A stretch of 64,000 nucleotides of DNA from Bdellovibrionota bacterium (GTDB taxonomy: Bacteria; Bdellovibrionota_G; JALEGL01; DATDPG01). Numbering within the stretch: the first letter of the stretch is position 1; each line of letters opens with the position of its first letter. Shown here one piece after another: positions 1 to 10,499 of the stretch. Location of the stretch: NCBI GenBank assembly GCA_963668355.1, contig OY764265.1:288111-352110 (forward strand). The letters run 5' to 3'. The notes beneath the pieces are model-generated. The model saw nothing but the letters and a program-made list of their open reading frames with translations, ran no database searches and was not told where the DNA came from. A program made the position numbers and the translations under genes.

Positions 1-793
1 CGCTTTGAATATTTCGAATGCTCTCGACGACTTCTTCCAACGCAGAAGCCATGAGCTCATGCATTTTTTCCGGGTCATCCCCTTCCACAAAGTAGGGCGT
101 CCAGCCGCAACCTCGTAAGAACTGATCCAATTCCTCCCGATCAATGCGGGCCAGCACGGCTGGATTGGCGATCTTATAGCCGTTGAGATGGAGAATCGGG
201 AGGACGACTCCATCGGTGATTGGATTCAAGAATTTGTTGGAGTGCCATGCTGTGGCCAACGGACCGGTTTCCGCTTCGCCGTCCCCAATCACACAGGCGA
301 CAACCAATTTCGGATTGTCGAACACGGCCCCAAATGCGTGACTGAGAGAGTATCCCAACTCGCCTCCTTCGTGAATCGACCCTGGACACTCCGGTGAGGA
401 ATGGCTGGGAATCCCGCCGGGAAAGGAGAACTGGGTGAACAGTTTCTTTAAGCCCGCTTCGTCTTGGCTGATGTTTGGATAAATCTCGCTGTAGGTGCCT
501 TCGAGATAGGTGTTGGCTACAAGCGCCGGGCCACCGTGACCGGGACCGGAAATGTAGATCATGTCCAGGTCATATTTTTTGATCACCCGGTTGAGATGCA
601 CATAGATGAAATTCTGCCCCGGAGTCGTGCCCCAATGTCCGAGGAGCGTGGGCTTTACGTGAGATTGTGTGAGCGGCTCTTTTAGCAGCGGGTTGTCGTA
701 TAGATAGATCTGTCCGACAGACAGATAGTTAGCCGCACGCCAGTAGGCGTCCATCTTGTAAAGAAGTTCACGGGAAAGAGTTTCCGTCGTCAT
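1..793 (-). CDS. xfp: phosphoketolase (xylulose-5-P/fructose-6-P), N-terminal portion; gene runs off the window start
   Basis: Reverse translation from 793 reads [31 protein letters not shown]...[12 protein letters not shown]...[20 protein letters not shown]...[22 protein letters not shown], the classic Xfp N-terminal motifs. ATGA overlap with ackA stop. Confidence 0.9.
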   Translation of the reverse strand, partial: MTTETLSRELLYKMDAYWRAANYLSVGQIYLYDNPLLKEPLTQSHVKPTLLGHWGTTPGQNFIYVHLNRVIKKYDLDMIYISGPGHGGPALVANTYLEGTYSEIYPNISQDEAGLKKLFTQFSFPGGIPSHSSPECPGSIHEGGELGYSLSHAFGAVFDNPKLVVACVIGDGEAETGPLATAWHSNKFLNPITDGVVLPILHLNGYKIANPAVLARIDREELDQFLRGCGWTPYFVEGDDPEKMHELMASALEEVVESIRNIQS

Positions 794-2001
794 AATTGCA
801 TCCTTTCTTTTTCGCCAAGGGCGAGCACGCGGCAAACCGTCTTTGCGATCATCTGTTCCTCGTCCGTGCGAATCAGACGCACCGTGGCCGAACTTGCGTT
901 CGCGGAAATCACCTCCTCATTCGCGGCGTTTTGCTTTTCTTCGACTTCAATGCCAAGAAATCCAAGCCCATCACAAATCCGGGCGCGGACGGAAGGTGCA
1001 TTCTCTCCGATGCCGCCCGCAAACACTAGCGTGTCTAGTCCACTCAATGCGGCCGCGAATCCCCCTATCCATTTTTTGACTTGGTAGCAAAACAACGCGA
1101 CCGCCTCAGCCGCGCGCACGTCCTGTCTTTCACGGTCGAGCAAGTCACGCATATCGGAACTGGTCTCCGATACTCCGAGCAGTCCAGACTGGGAATTGAT
1201 CATTTCGTTGAATTCCTTTGCGCTCATGTTTTCGGTGCGCGCGAGATACCCAACCAATCCGGGATCGAGATCGCCTGAGCGGGTGCTCATCGGCACTCCA
1301 GCCGTGGGCGTGAAGCCCATACTGGTGTCGATGCATTTTCCTTCACGCACGGCGGCCAGGCTCGCGCCGTTTCCAAGGTGGGCAAGGATCACGCGGCCTT
1401 GAGCCGCTTCCGTTCCTGCCAACCGGGCCAGCTCTTCCATGAGAAAGGCATACGACAACCCATGAAACCCATATCGCCGCACTCCCTGAGTTTCGTAGCG
1501 GCGCGGGATCGGCAACAGTCGGGCCACGCGGGGTAGATCATGGTGAAAGGCCGTGTCAAAACACGCCACTTGGGGCAGGTCAGGGAATCGGCGACAAAAT
1601 TCCTCGATTAAATGGATTTCCTCTGGCAGATGCTCCGGATCCAACGGACTTAAGCCGCGCAACTCCTCAATCATTTCCGCCGTAATTCGCCGTGGCTCGC
1701 TATACTTGGGACCGCCATGCACCACGCGATGCCCGACTGCGGCCAAGGCATTTCGCCCGCTGCGCTCCCCGATCCAATCCATCAGAATCCCTACCGCCTC
1801 CGCGTGATTATTTGCCGCCACTAACCGTGAAACGTTTTCTGCTTGGTTCGCCGCTTTCACGTTTAACGTGGCTTCCGGTAGTCCGATCCGTTCAATTCTG
1901 CCCTCCACAATCTGATGGAGTCCGTCGCTGGCATCAAACAGTGCGGACTTGATACTTGACGAGCCGCCATTGAGCGTCAGGATTGGAATCTCGCATTTCA
2001 T
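790..2001 (-). CDS. ackA: acetate kinase
   Basis: 403 aa with the acetate/propionate kinase signatures ([35 protein letters not shown]). Lies directly upstream of xfp in the same orientation. Confidence 0.9.
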   Translation of the reverse strand: MKCEIPILTLNGGSSSIKSALFDASDGLHQIVEGRIERIGLPEATLNVKAANQAENVSRLVAANNHAEAVGILMDWIGERSGRNALAAVGHRVVHGGPKYSEPRRITAEMIEELRGLSPLDPEHLPEEIHLIEEFCRRFPDLPQVACFDTAFHHDLPRVARLLPIPRRYETQGVRRYGFHGLSYAFLMEELARLAGTEAAQGRVILAHLGNGASLAAVREGKCIDTSMGFTPTAGVPMSTRSGDLDPGLVGYLARTENMSAKEFNEMINSQSGLLGVSETSSDMRDLLDRERQDVRAAEAVALFCYQVKKWIGGFAAALSGLDTLVFAGGIGENAPSVRARICDGLGFLGIEVEEKQNAANEEVISANASSATVRLIRTDEEQMIAKTVCRVLALGEKERMQL

Positions 2002-2201
2002 TCGATTTTCTGCGGTGAAGACGCTTCCGAATCGACCCGTTCTTTTTTTGATTCGCGGCCCAGAGCTTCAATTTTGCTCAGGTCTGTATCAAACCCCGCA
2101 ACCGAAAAGCCTTGGTTGGCCATGTTCCGCAAGAGATCGCGGCCGATGGGGCTCGACCCCAACCCGCTGATCTCGAGGGTTTGTGGTTCCTTTTTTGTCA
2201 T
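1998..2201 (-). CDS. small ORF (67 aa) resembling a decayed N-terminal NAD-binding segment of a 6-phosphogluconate dehydrogenase-family protein
   Basis: Strong SD (GGAGGTG, 5 nt spacer, ATG). ATGA overlap with ackA. The sequence ...EISGLGSSPIGRDLLRNMANQGFSVAGFDTD... aligns by eye with the Gnd N-terminus [30 protein letters not shown] but the GxGxxG motif is degraded. Confidence 0.35.
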   Translation of the reverse strand: MTKKEPQTLEISGLGSSPIGRDLLRNMANQGFSVAGFDTDLSKIEALGRESKKERVDSEASSPQKIE

Positions 2202-2349
2202 TGCTTCACCTCCATAACGATTCTCCGCCTTCCGCGTTCCTTGGTAGAAGGACCTTTCAAGAGCACGCTCCTATTCAATTCAACCCTTGGGCTAGATCAC
2301 GGCTCACCACATTTGAGAATACTTTTGATGTTTACAGGCACCTTCAATC

Positions 2350-2400
2350 ACCGACTATGAGGAAGTGTCGTCATATATCGTCGAAAAACCCGACATATAA
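2350..2400 (-). promoter_or_regulatory. copy 1 of the recurrent bipartite intergenic motif (GTCG-N7-CGAC inverted repeat, 13 nt, CTTCCTCAT box); divergent region between the ackA-xfp operon and the type III PKS
   Basis: Plus-strand sequence is ccgactatgaggaagtgtcgtcatatatcgtcgaaaaacccgacatataa. Matches seven other copies in this window. Confidence 0.5.
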
Positions 2401-2480
2401 GATGCGCCCCGCCCTCTCGGGCGTCTCATGATTCCCCAGGTCTTTCGTATTCTTTCCCTCATGGGGGGATAAAATGTGGT

Positions 2481-3548
2481 ATGGCTCTCGTCGTGCCACG
2501 TATAATCTCAACCGGTACCGCGGTTCCTCCCCATGTCTTGCGCCAAAAAGACGCGCAGGACTTCGCCGTTCGAAGGTTTGGCCAGTTCTTCCCGGAAGAA
2601 ATCGAACAGCTGACTGAAGTTTTCGATCATGCCCTGATTCAGACGCGATACATTTGTATGCCCATGGATTGGTTCGATGAGGAAAAATCTTTTTCCGAAA
2701 AGAATGATCTTTATATTCGCATGGCCGTGGAACTTTCAGCCAACGCTTCGCGCGTCGCTCTCGAACGTGCCGGTTGGACACCAAGCCAGGTGACTCACAT
2801 CATTTTTCTTTCGAGCTCGGGTCTGGCCACCCCCAGTATCGACGCAAGATTGATTGGTTTACTGGGCATGCGACCGGAAACTCGACGCACACCAATTTGG
2901 GGCCTAGGTTGTGCCGGTGGGGCGGCGGGGATCTCCCATGCCTATCACGCGGCCTTAGGTGATCCCAAAAGTCGAATCCTTGTCGTGGCGACCGACCTTT
3001 GTAGTCTTACGTTTAATTTTCAGGATTTCAGTAAAAGTAACCTGGTGGCTACCGCTTTATTTGGCGATGGAGCGGGGGCAACATGTATCGCCGGAGACGA
3101 AGTCGATCAGGCGGGCCTCGAAATCCGGGCCGCGGGGAGTTTTCTCTGGCCAGATTCCCTGGACGTCATGGGTTGGAACATTATGAATGCAGGCATGCAG
3201 GTTGTCTTCGCCAAAACCATTCCTGATATTGTTGCCCGAAATTCCCACGAAAACATCGGAAACTTCTTGGAACCGTTTGGTCTCACCATCGAGGATCTTT
3301 CCTACTTTGTCGCTCACCCAGGTGGCGTGAAAGTGTTGAAGGCCTACGAGGAAAGCCTTCGGCTTCCCCCTGAAACCCTGAACCTCTCAAGGGAAATCCT
3401 CCGAGATTTTGGGAATATGTCATCTTCGACCGTGCTATTTGTGCTCGACCGCTTCCTCGCGAAAGAGAGCTTGAAGTCACCAGCTCACGGTCTCATCACT
3501 GCCCTGGGACCGGGCTTTTCGGCCGAGAACATACTCTTTGAAACCTAA
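2481..3548 (+). CDS. type III polyketide synthase (chalcone/stilbene synthase family)
   Basis: 355 aa. Catalytic-triad context is present: GCAGGAAG (Cys), HPGG (His), GNMSSST (Asn). KAS III-like fold signatures. Confidence 0.85.
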   Translation: MALVVPRIISTGTAVPPHVLRQKDAQDFAVRRFGQFFPEEIEQLTEVFDHALIQTRYICMPMDWFDEEKSFSEKNDLYIRMAVELSANASRVALERAGWTPSQVTHIIFLSSSGLATPSIDARLIGLLGMRPETRRTPIWGLGCAGGAAGISHAYHAALGDPKSRILVVATDLCSLTFNFQDFSKSNLVATALFGDGAGATCIAGDEVDQAGLEIRAAGSFLWPDSLDVMGWNIMNAGMQVVFAKTIPDIVARNSHENIGNFLEPFGLTIEDLSYFVAHPGGVKVLKAYEESLRLPPETLNLSREILRDFGNMSSSTVLFVLDRFLAKESLKSPAHGLITALGPGFSAENILFET

Positions 3549-3695
3549 AGGTGTTTGAATCAGGGAACGCCCGAATAACGGAAAAATCTGGTGTTTTCTG
3601 CACTACAACGTTTCTTTGTTGCAATGTTTTGGATCTAGTTTTTTAGTTCGTTGTAAAATCGACATTTAGATATAGGAATACAAATACGGGTACAT

Positions 3696-4433
3696 TTGGA
3701 CATGTTGGAAGATTGGTCTTTGGGATGGCCGTTTTTTCAGATAGACCTGGGCGCAATGGGAAAAAAGCATTTTACTCAGCGTCTGAATTGGTTGCGGGCG
3801 AGCGTGCTTGGAGCCAATGATGGCATTATTTCTACGGCGAGTTTGATTTTGGGAGTCGCCGTAGCTGGGGAGCCAACCCGAAGTATTTTGATTGCGGGTT
3901 CGGCAAGCTTAGTGGCCGGGGCCATTTCTATGGCCGCAGACGAATACGTTTCGGTCAGTTCTCAGGCGGATACCGAGAAAGCAGATCTAGAGAGGGAAAA
4001 AGAGGAACTCGACCAGAATCCCGAAGCCGAGAAAAAGGAGTTAACGAATATTTACGTCGAGCGGGGTCTTTCACGCAGTTTGGCCAAACCTGTTGCCGAG
4101 CAGTTGATGGAAAAAGACGCTTTAAAAGCGCATGCACGAGAAGAGTTGGGGATCATAGAAATCCATAAAGCCCGTCCGATTCAGGCAGCCCTTGCTTCTG
4201 CATCGGCATTTACGTTTGGCGCTTTGCTACCCCTGGCCTTGGCTTATGTGACGCCGGTATCCCAATTGCCGTTGGTGGTTTCTGGCGGCTCTTTACTCTT
4301 TCTCGGTTTGCTCGGGGGTCTCGCTGCAAAGTTTGGGGGAGCTCGCATTCTTGTGGGTGTAAGCCGAGTTATGTTTTGGGGAGTATTGGCAATGCTGTTG
4401 ACATCCTTGATAGGATTTCTTCTAAGAGGCTAA
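3696..4433 (+). CDS. VIT1/CCC1-family membrane protein (putative Fe/Mn transporter); real start may be the internal ATG at 3756
   Basis: Contains LRASVLGANDGIISTASLILGVAVAG plus a central acidic coiled segment and C-terminal TM helices, typical of the VIT family. Confidence 0.75.
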   Translation: MDMLEDWSLGWPFFQIDLGAMGKKHFTQRLNWLRASVLGANDGIISTASLILGVAVAGEPTRSILIAGSASLVAGAISMAADEYVSVSSQADTEKADLEREKEELDQNPEAEKKELTNIYVERGLSRSLAKPVAEQLMEKDALKAHAREELGIIEIHKARPIQAALASASAFTFGALLPLALAYVTPVSQLPLVVSGGSLLFLGLLGGLAAKFGGARILVGVSRVMFWGVLAMLLTSLIGFLLRG

Positions 4434-4461
4434 ACGCGAAAAAAATGAAAGACTTCGAAGG

Positions 4462-4845
4462 CTATTTTATCTCGCGATAATTAACGGAAATAGTTTCAAC
4501 TCGACCTTGATCATGAATAAAACCATTGAGAAAAAAACTAATGAGGCTCACAAAAAGGGCGCCAAATAGAGCCGTCCAAAATCCATGAATTTCAACTCCC
4601 GGAACCAGACCCGCGGTAATCCAAAAACAAAAAGCGTTAAGGACAAGCAAAAAGAAGCCCAAGGTAAAAAACGTTAAGGGCAGTGTTAGTAAAACCAGAA
4701 TGGGGCGTACGAGGCCGTTAATGACACCTAAAAACAAGCCCGCCAGAAGCGCGGAAAAAATATTGTTGACTTCGATGCCAGAAAAGAGAGCGCCTACCGC
4801 CATGATAGCCACGGCATTAACGAAGATTCGAAGAAAAATTCCCAT
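4462..4845 (-). CDS. small integral membrane protein, PF04020-like (phage holin 4_2 / YvlD-like)
   Basis: 127 aa, four TM segments. The ...GLxNxxVRPILxLLTLPLTxxTLGxFLLVLN... pattern is typical of this family. Confidence 0.6.
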   Translation of the reverse strand: MGIFLRIFVNAVAIMAVGALFSGIEVNNIFSALLAGLFLGVINGLVRPILVLLTLPLTFFTLGFFLLVLNAFCFWITAGLVPGVEIHGFWTALFGALFVSLISFFLNGFIHDQGRVETISVNYREIK

Positions 4846-5193
4846 GCCTGGGTTTTAGCGGAGTTGATTTTAATTTGAAAGTGAAAAAATTCCGGGCCTA
4901 CTTTTACTCTAAAAGGTCAACTATTCAATATGGCATCTATTCTGAATCATCGTTGGTTTTTTTAGGCTTCCCAAAGGCCCATTTTTCTTTTCTGACTTGA
5001 TACGTTCACGGGAACCGTTTTAGCTATTCTATCCGTCTTGTCCACCAATGGACTTTAGCCTTTTAAAAAACGACATGAACCAGTGCAGTAGTCGGGTAGA
5101 TTCCGACCGTCCTTCCCAGAACCGTCGAAGGCCGCTGATAATGCGGAGAAATAAGTGCTACAGGGTACTAGACCCTCATGGTAAAGAGGCGTT

Positions 5194-7236
5194 ATGAATC
5201 AAGCAATGGATCTGACCTGTATCAACACCATTCGAACACTTTCTATGGATGGAGTTCAGGCGGCCAACTCGGGGCATCCCGGAACGCCCATGTCGATGGC
5301 GCCTGTGGCTTACACGCTTTGGCAAGAATTTCTCCGATTTGATCCTGAGCATGCCCAGTGGTTCAATCGCGATCGTTTCGTCCTGTCGATCGGTCATGCT
5401 TCCATGCTCCTTTATTCTCTTTTGCATTTAGCCAACGTACGAGACGCCGATGGGAAGCAACCTTCGATTTCGCTGGACGACATTCGTGGGTTTCGACAAC
5501 TCGAAAGCCGTTGTGCGGGACATCCCGAGTACGAATTGGCTCCCGGCATCGAGATGACTACTGGTCCCTTGGGACAGGGGGTAGCCACCAGCATTGGAAT
5601 GGCGATGGCCGGACGGTGGCTGGCGGCTCGATTCAACCGCCCCGACCTTCAGCTTTTTGACTACGACGTATATGCACTCTGTGGAGATGGAGACATGATG
5701 GAGGGCATCTCCTCCGAAGCCGCTTCTCTGGCCGGGCATTTGAAGCTCTCCAACCTCTGTTGGATTTACGACCAGAATCAAATCACGATTGAAGGGAGAA
5801 CGAACCTTACGTTCAGTGAAGATGTTTCGGCTCGTTTCTCCGCATACGGCTGGGATGTGGAAGAAGTTTCCGACGCCAACGACCTGAAAGCGCTCTCCGG
5901 GGCTTTTTCCCGATTTCGAGAGGGGACCGGCCGACCGCTTCTCATCGTGGTCAATAGTAGAATCGGGTTTGGTGCACCCAATAAAGAAGATACTTCCTCG
6001 GCGCATGGCGAACCGCTGGGAGAAGAGGAGATTCGGGCGACCAAGCGAGGGTACGGATGGCCAGAGGATGCTACGTTTCTTGTTCCCGAAGGGGTGCGGG
6101 AGCATTTTCAAAATCATTTAGGAAAGCGAGGAAGGGAGCTCTTTTCTGCGTGGCAAACAACGTTTGCGCGATACCAAGCTGCATATCCCGATCTGGCAGA
6201 AGAGTTAAAGACGATGGAGAACAGACAGCTTCCTGCGGGATGGGATCAGGATTTTCCTGTCTTTCCGCCGGACCCGAAAGGGATGGCGGGAAGAGTTGCA
6301 TCGGGAAAAGTTCTTAATACGCTGGCGCAAAATATTCCCTGGCTGTTTGGTGGCTCGGCAGATCTTTCGCCATCTACAAAAACCCGTTTGACCTTTGAAG
6401 GGGCGGGAGATTTTCAAAACGGAAGTTACCTTGGGCGCAATTTTCATTTTGGGATTCGTGAACATGCGATGGGTGCGATCCTCAACGGACTTTCGCTCTG
6501 CAAGGTTCGACCGTTTGGTTCGGGATTTCTCATTTTCAGCGATTATGCCCGGCCGGCGATTCGTTTGAGCGCACTGATGGAACTTCCAACGATTCATGTT
6601 TTCACGCACGATTCGATCGGCGTGGGAGAAGACGGGCCGACGCATCAACCAGTGGAGCAACTGGCTTCTCTCCGTGCGGTGCCAGGGCTGATCGTTTTGC
6701 GACCGGCCGATGCCAATGAAGTTGTGGAAGCGTGGCGCATGATTTTGGAACTTCGCTCGGAACCGGTCGCACTGATTCTGTCGCGCCAAAATCTGCCTAC
6801 GTTAGATCGGAACCGGTATCGGCCGGCATCGGATCTAAAAAAAGGTGGATATGTTCTGGCCGATTCAGAAAAGGGGGAGCCAGAGGTGCTTTTATTGGCA
6901 ACCGGCAGCAGCGTCTCTCTTGCAGTCGAGGCGTTCGAGCGGTTGTCGACCGAAGGGGTTCGTGCTCGCGTGGTGAGCCTCCCCTCTTGGGAACTTTTTG
7001 AACAACAGAGCGCAGCCTATCGAGATCAGGTTCTTCCGCCCGCCGTTACGGCCCGCGTTGCGATTGAAGAGGGGGTGACGATGGGGTGGGAGAAATATGT
7101 TGGGTCGAAGGGTAAGATATTGGGGATGAACTCGTTTGGGGCTTCGGCTCCAGCAAATGATTTGATGAAGAAGTTTGGATTTACGGTGGACCATCTTATA
7201 ACGGCCGTTCGGGAGCAGTTGATTGACGTAAAATGA
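5194..7236 (+). CDS. tkt: transketolase
   Basis: 680 aa. Shows GHPG, the TPP-binding GDGxxMEG motif and the C-terminal transketolase domain. Confidence 0.95.
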   Translation: MNQAMDLTCINTIRTLSMDGVQAANSGHPGTPMSMAPVAYTLWQEFLRFDPEHAQWFNRDRFVLSIGHASMLLYSLLHLANVRDADGKQPSISLDDIRGFRQLESRCAGHPEYELAPGIEMTTGPLGQGVATSIGMAMAGRWLAARFNRPDLQLFDYDVYALCGDGDMMEGISSEAASLAGHLKLSNLCWIYDQNQITIEGRTNLTFSEDVSARFSAYGWDVEEVSDANDLKALSGAFSRFREGTGRPLLIVVNSRIGFGAPNKEDTSSAHGEPLGEEEIRATKRGYGWPEDATFLVPEGVREHFQNHLGKRGRELFSAWQTTFARYQAAYPDLAEELKTMENRQLPAGWDQDFPVFPPDPKGMAGRVASGKVLNTLAQNIPWLFGGSADLSPSTKTRLTFEGAGDFQNGSYLGRNFHFGIREHAMGAILNGLSLCKVRPFGSGFLIFSDYARPAIRLSALMELPTIHVFTHDSIGVGEDGPTHQPVEQLASLRAVPGLIVLRPADANEVVEAWRMILELRSEPVALILSRQNLPTLDRNRYRPASDLKKGGYVLADSEKGEPEVLLLATGSSVSLAVEAFERLSTEGVRARVVSLPSWELFEQQSAAYRDQVLPPAVTARVAIEEGVTMGWEKYVGSKGKILGMNSFGASAPANDLMKKFGFTVDHLITAVREQLIDVK

Positions 7237-7982
7237 TTCGAGTTTTTCCAACCCTTGAAGAGCTTGCTCAAGACGCTGCGAAGCTTATCTGCCAAGTCGC
7301 AGGAGAACGGATTCAAAAGTCGGGGCGTTGCACGATCGCGCTTTCAGGAGGGCAAACCCCCAAAACGCTCTACAATTTCTTGGCATCAGATCTTTATCGG
7401 GACCGAATTAATTGGTCTCAAGTTGAAATCTTTTTTAGCGATGAACGAAGCGTACCGCCAGATCATGCCGATTCAAACTACCGAATGGCGTGGGAGTTGA
7501 TGCTGTCGAGACTCCCAATGGCTAAAGGGCAAATTCATCGAATGAAAGCTGAACAAACTGATCTGAGTGCGGCCGCAGCGGACTACCAAGTTGAGATTGC
7601 GAATCGGTTTGGAATTTCCCCAGAAGGTCCGCCTCCCTCTTTGGATATCATTATATTGGGAATGGGGGGCGACGGACATACGGCCTCTCTTTTCCCGGGA
7701 ACAGAAGTTCTTCAAGAGAACCAAAAGTGGGTAAGCGTTGGGCAGGGAGGGAGCCCAAAGAGTGGGCGAATGACCTTGACCGTTCCACTTCTGAATGCGG
7801 CCAAGCAGATTTTGTTTTTGGTTTCCGGAAGCGAAAAAGAATCAGCACTCAAGTCTGTTTTGGCAGAAGAGGGAGATCCCTTCCGTTACCCGGCCAGGTT
7901 GATTCGGCCGAACTCCGGAGAGTTAATTTGGTTTGTGGATGTGAAAGCGATGGATGAGGACTCGCAAGGGAGAGAAAAATGA
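7233..7982 (+). CDS. pgl: 6-phosphogluconolactonase
   Basis: 249 aa. Has TIALSGGQTP and GMGGDGHTASLFPG. ATGA overlaps with both tkt and zwf. Confidence 0.9.
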   Translation: MIRVFPTLEELAQDAAKLICQVAGERIQKSGRCTIALSGGQTPKTLYNFLASDLYRDRINWSQVEIFFSDERSVPPDHADSNYRMAWELMLSRLPMAKGQIHRMKAEQTDLSAAAADYQVEIANRFGISPEGPPPSLDIIILGMGGDGHTASLFPGTEVLQENQKWVSVGQGGSPKSGRMTLTVPLLNAAKQILFLVSGSEKESALKSVLAEEGDPFRYPARLIRPNSGELIWFVDVKAMDEDSQGREK

Positions 7983-9520
7983 CCGAAGAGAAGCGTGCGC
8001 AATTCGACGTTGAAACGAAAAAAATCAACGGTTCCCCGATATTGAAAGAAAAAGGCGTCGAACCGTGTGTCATCGTCATTTTTGGTGCCACTGGGGACTT
8101 GACCGCCCGAAAACTGATTCCGGCAATTTACAACTTGAACCTCAATGGCTCGTTGCCCGATGCAACCACGGTCGTTGGCGTGGGACGTCGGCCGAAGAGT
8201 TCAGCTGAGTTCCGGCAACATCTTCGAGAGGCCACCGAGGAATTTTCACGTCGAAAGCCGGTGGAAAAAAAGGCTTGGGATGCTTTGGCGGCGAACGTGG
8301 AGTATGTCTCAGGAGAGTATGACGACCCAAAAACGTTTCAGAAACTGAAATCCCAACTGGCCGAGATCGATCGATCGCGTGGTACGCAAGGAAATCGGCT
8401 CTATTATATGGCAACCCCTCCGGAGCTGTTTCCCATCCTTCTTACGAGTTTGGTGAAGGCTGGACTGATTTACCCTGCCGGAGAGGAGCCTTGGTCTCGC
8501 GTGATCATCGAAAAGCCGTTTGGAAAAGATCTCAACTCCGCGCGAGAGCTAAACCAACTTGTGGCCAAATCAATTGATGAGTCACAGACGTTTCGAATCG
8601 ATCACTACTTAGGAAAAGAGACCGTTCAAAACATTTTGGTCTTTCGTTTTGGGAACTCCATTTTCGAACACCTCTGGAATCGAAAGTATATCGATCATGT
8701 CCAGATTACCGCCGCGGAAACGATCGGCGTGGGGCATCGTGGATCGTTTTACGATGCGACCGGAGTGATTCGGGATGTGGTTCAGAACCACCTTCTGCAG
8801 ATTTTGGGACTGGTCGCCATGGAAGCTCCTGCTTCATTTTCGCCCGAGGACATCCGAGAGGAGAAGGCACAACTCTTTCGCTCGATTCGTCCGATTGTAG
8901 GGGAAGAAGCACGAGAGCAGGTCGTTTTGGGGCAGTATCAGGGGTATGGCAAGGAAGAAGGGGTTTCCGACGACTCGCGGACGCCAACGTTTGCTGGGAT
9001 GAAAGTTATGGTGGACAACTGGCGCTGGCAAGGGGTTCCTTTTTATCTCCGCGCAGGAAAGAAATTGAGCCAACGTGTAACCGAGGTGTCAGTTCAATTT
9101 CAGTCCGTTCCGCTCTGTCTGTTTGGTCAGGAAGAGGCCTGTCAGGTGCTGGAGCCGAATGTCTTGACGATGCGAATTCAACCCGACGAGGGAATTTCCA
9201 TGCGTTTTGTGTCGAAGGTTCCTGGGGAGCATCTCGCGGTGGGAAATGTTTTCATGAACATGAACTACGCAGAGGCCTTTGGCAAACCTCTTTCAGACGC
9301 CTATGAACGTCTTCTCTTAGATTGCATTCGGGGGGACGCCACCCTTTTTGCTCGGCGAGACAGCGTAGAAACCAGTTGGAAATTCATCACCCCGATTTTG
9401 GAAGCTTGGGAAAATGAAACGAAATCATTTCTGCCATGCTATGAGCCGGGGAGTGAGGGACCCAAGGAAGCAAACCTGCTTCTTTCGCGTGATGGGCGCC
9501 GATGGCGAACGCTCGCGTAA
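7979..9520 (+). CDS. zwf: glucose-6-phosphate 1-dehydrogenase
   Basis: 513 aa. Has IFGATGDLTARKL, RIDHYLGKE and the C-terminal G6PD domain. Confidence 0.95.
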   Translation: MTEEKRAQFDVETKKINGSPILKEKGVEPCVIVIFGATGDLTARKLIPAIYNLNLNGSLPDATTVVGVGRRPKSSAEFRQHLREATEEFSRRKPVEKKAWDALAANVEYVSGEYDDPKTFQKLKSQLAEIDRSRGTQGNRLYYMATPPELFPILLTSLVKAGLIYPAGEEPWSRVIIEKPFGKDLNSARELNQLVAKSIDESQTFRIDHYLGKETVQNILVFRFGNSIFEHLWNRKYIDHVQITAAETIGVGHRGSFYDATGVIRDVVQNHLLQILGLVAMEAPASFSPEDIREEKAQLFRSIRPIVGEEAREQVVLGQYQGYGKEEGVSDDSRTPTFAGMKVMVDNWRWQGVPFYLRAGKKLSQRVTEVSVQFQSVPLCLFGQEEACQVLEPNVLTMRIQPDEGISMRFVSKVPGEHLAVGNVFMNMNYAEAFGKPLSDAYERLLLDCIRGDATLFARRDSVETSWKFITPILEAWENETKSFLPCYEPGSEGPKEANLLLSRDGRRWRTLA

Positions 9521-9545
9521 GAGAAAAAACTTACGTGTCGAGACC

Positions 9546-10499
9546 CTAATTTTGCTCAGCATGTCCTCCAAATTCAAAGCGCATCGCGGAGAGCAGTCTA
9601 TTTTGAAACTCTGATTCTCCGCGGGAATCAAAACGACTAAAGAGCGCGGCGGCCAAAACATGGAGAGGAACTCCTGCTTGAATCCCTGCTTCCAGCGTCC
9701 AACGCCCTTCGCCGGAGTCGCTCACCTTTGGGGAATGCTCTTTGAGCGTGGAACTCTGATTGAATGCAGAAGCGGTCAAATCCAGAAGCCATGAGCTGAT
9801 CACGCTCCCCCGACGCCAGACTTCTGCTACATTCGTCAGGTCGAAGTCGTACCCAAACTTGTCCCCTTTATGAAGGAGGTTAAATCCTTCGGCGTACGCC
9901 GCCATCAAACCGTATTCGATTCCGTTATGGACCATTTTCACAAAGTGCCCAGCCCCGTGAGGTCCGCAGTGCAAATATCCGAGTTCGGCTGTTCTAGGCC
10001 CACTCTTTTTCTCCGCTGTTTTCGGAATCGTCCCTTCACCTGGAGCCAGGGCTTGAAAGATCGGATCTAGATGGGAAACGGGTTCTTTCTCACCGCCAAT
10101 CATCAGGCAGTAGCCACGTTTGAGTCCCCAGACTCCTCCACTCGTACCGACATCGATATAGTGAATTCCCTGGGAGGCTAGTTTTTTGGCTCGTATGATG
10201 TCGTTTCGAAAATCGCTGTTTCCACCGTCGATAACAATATCGCCGGATGCGCAAAGAGGAGTCAGTTCTTCAAGTGCGTTGTCTACGACACCCGCGGGAA
10301 CCATCAACCAGATGGATCTAGGGGAAGATAGATTCTTCGTGAGTTCTGGAAGGGAAGAGACTGTTGATATTCCTTCTTTTTTCATGGAAGCCAACGCCTC
10401 TTCCGAGCGGTCGTACACGACACAAGAGTGACCCGCAGCCTGGAGCCTTCGGACCATGTTGCTCCCCATTTTTCCTAAACCGATCATCCCAATTTCCAT
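9546..10499 (-). CDS. gnd: 6-phosphogluconate dehydrogenase (decarboxylating), short YqeC/Gnd-like form; the ORF-track N-terminal extension is probably not translated
   Basis: MEIGMIGLGKMGSNMVRRLQAAGH at the N-terminus. 6PGDH C-terminal domain. Convergent with zwf. Confidence 0.85.
   Translation of the reverse strand: MEIGMIGLGKMGSNMVRRLQAAGHSCVVYDRSEEALASMKKEGISTVSSLPELTKNLSSPRSIWLMVPAGVVDNALEELTPLCASGDIVIDGGNSDFRNDIIRAKKLASQGIHYIDVGTSGGVWGLKRGYCLMIGGEKEPVSHLDPIFQALAPGEGTIPKTAEKKSGPRTAELGYLHCGPHGAGHFVKMVHNGIEYGLMAAYAEGFNLLHKGDKFGYDFDLTNVAEVWRRGSVISSWLLDLTASAFNQSSTLKEHSPKVSDSGEGRWTLEAGIQAGVPLHVLAAALFSRFDSRGESEFQNRLLSAMRFEFGGHAEQN

Noticed and set aside
2328-2360. GGCAC...TCA element upstream of motif copies 1 and 3 considered as a sigma54 promoter
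   Set aside because: There is no TTGC at -12, and the spacing does not fit TGGCAC-N5-TTGCW.
3600-3700. Possible Fur box or extra stress-motif copy upstream of the VIT gene
   Set aside because: The match is only loose: AAAATCGACAT with a 9-nt spacer half-site, no CTTCCT box, and no convincing GATAAT-type Fur repeats.
5428-6789. Minus-strand ORFs of 229, 194 and 88 aa inside tkt
   Set aside because: They are antisense shadows of a strongly supported transketolase gene, with low-complexity translations and no SD.
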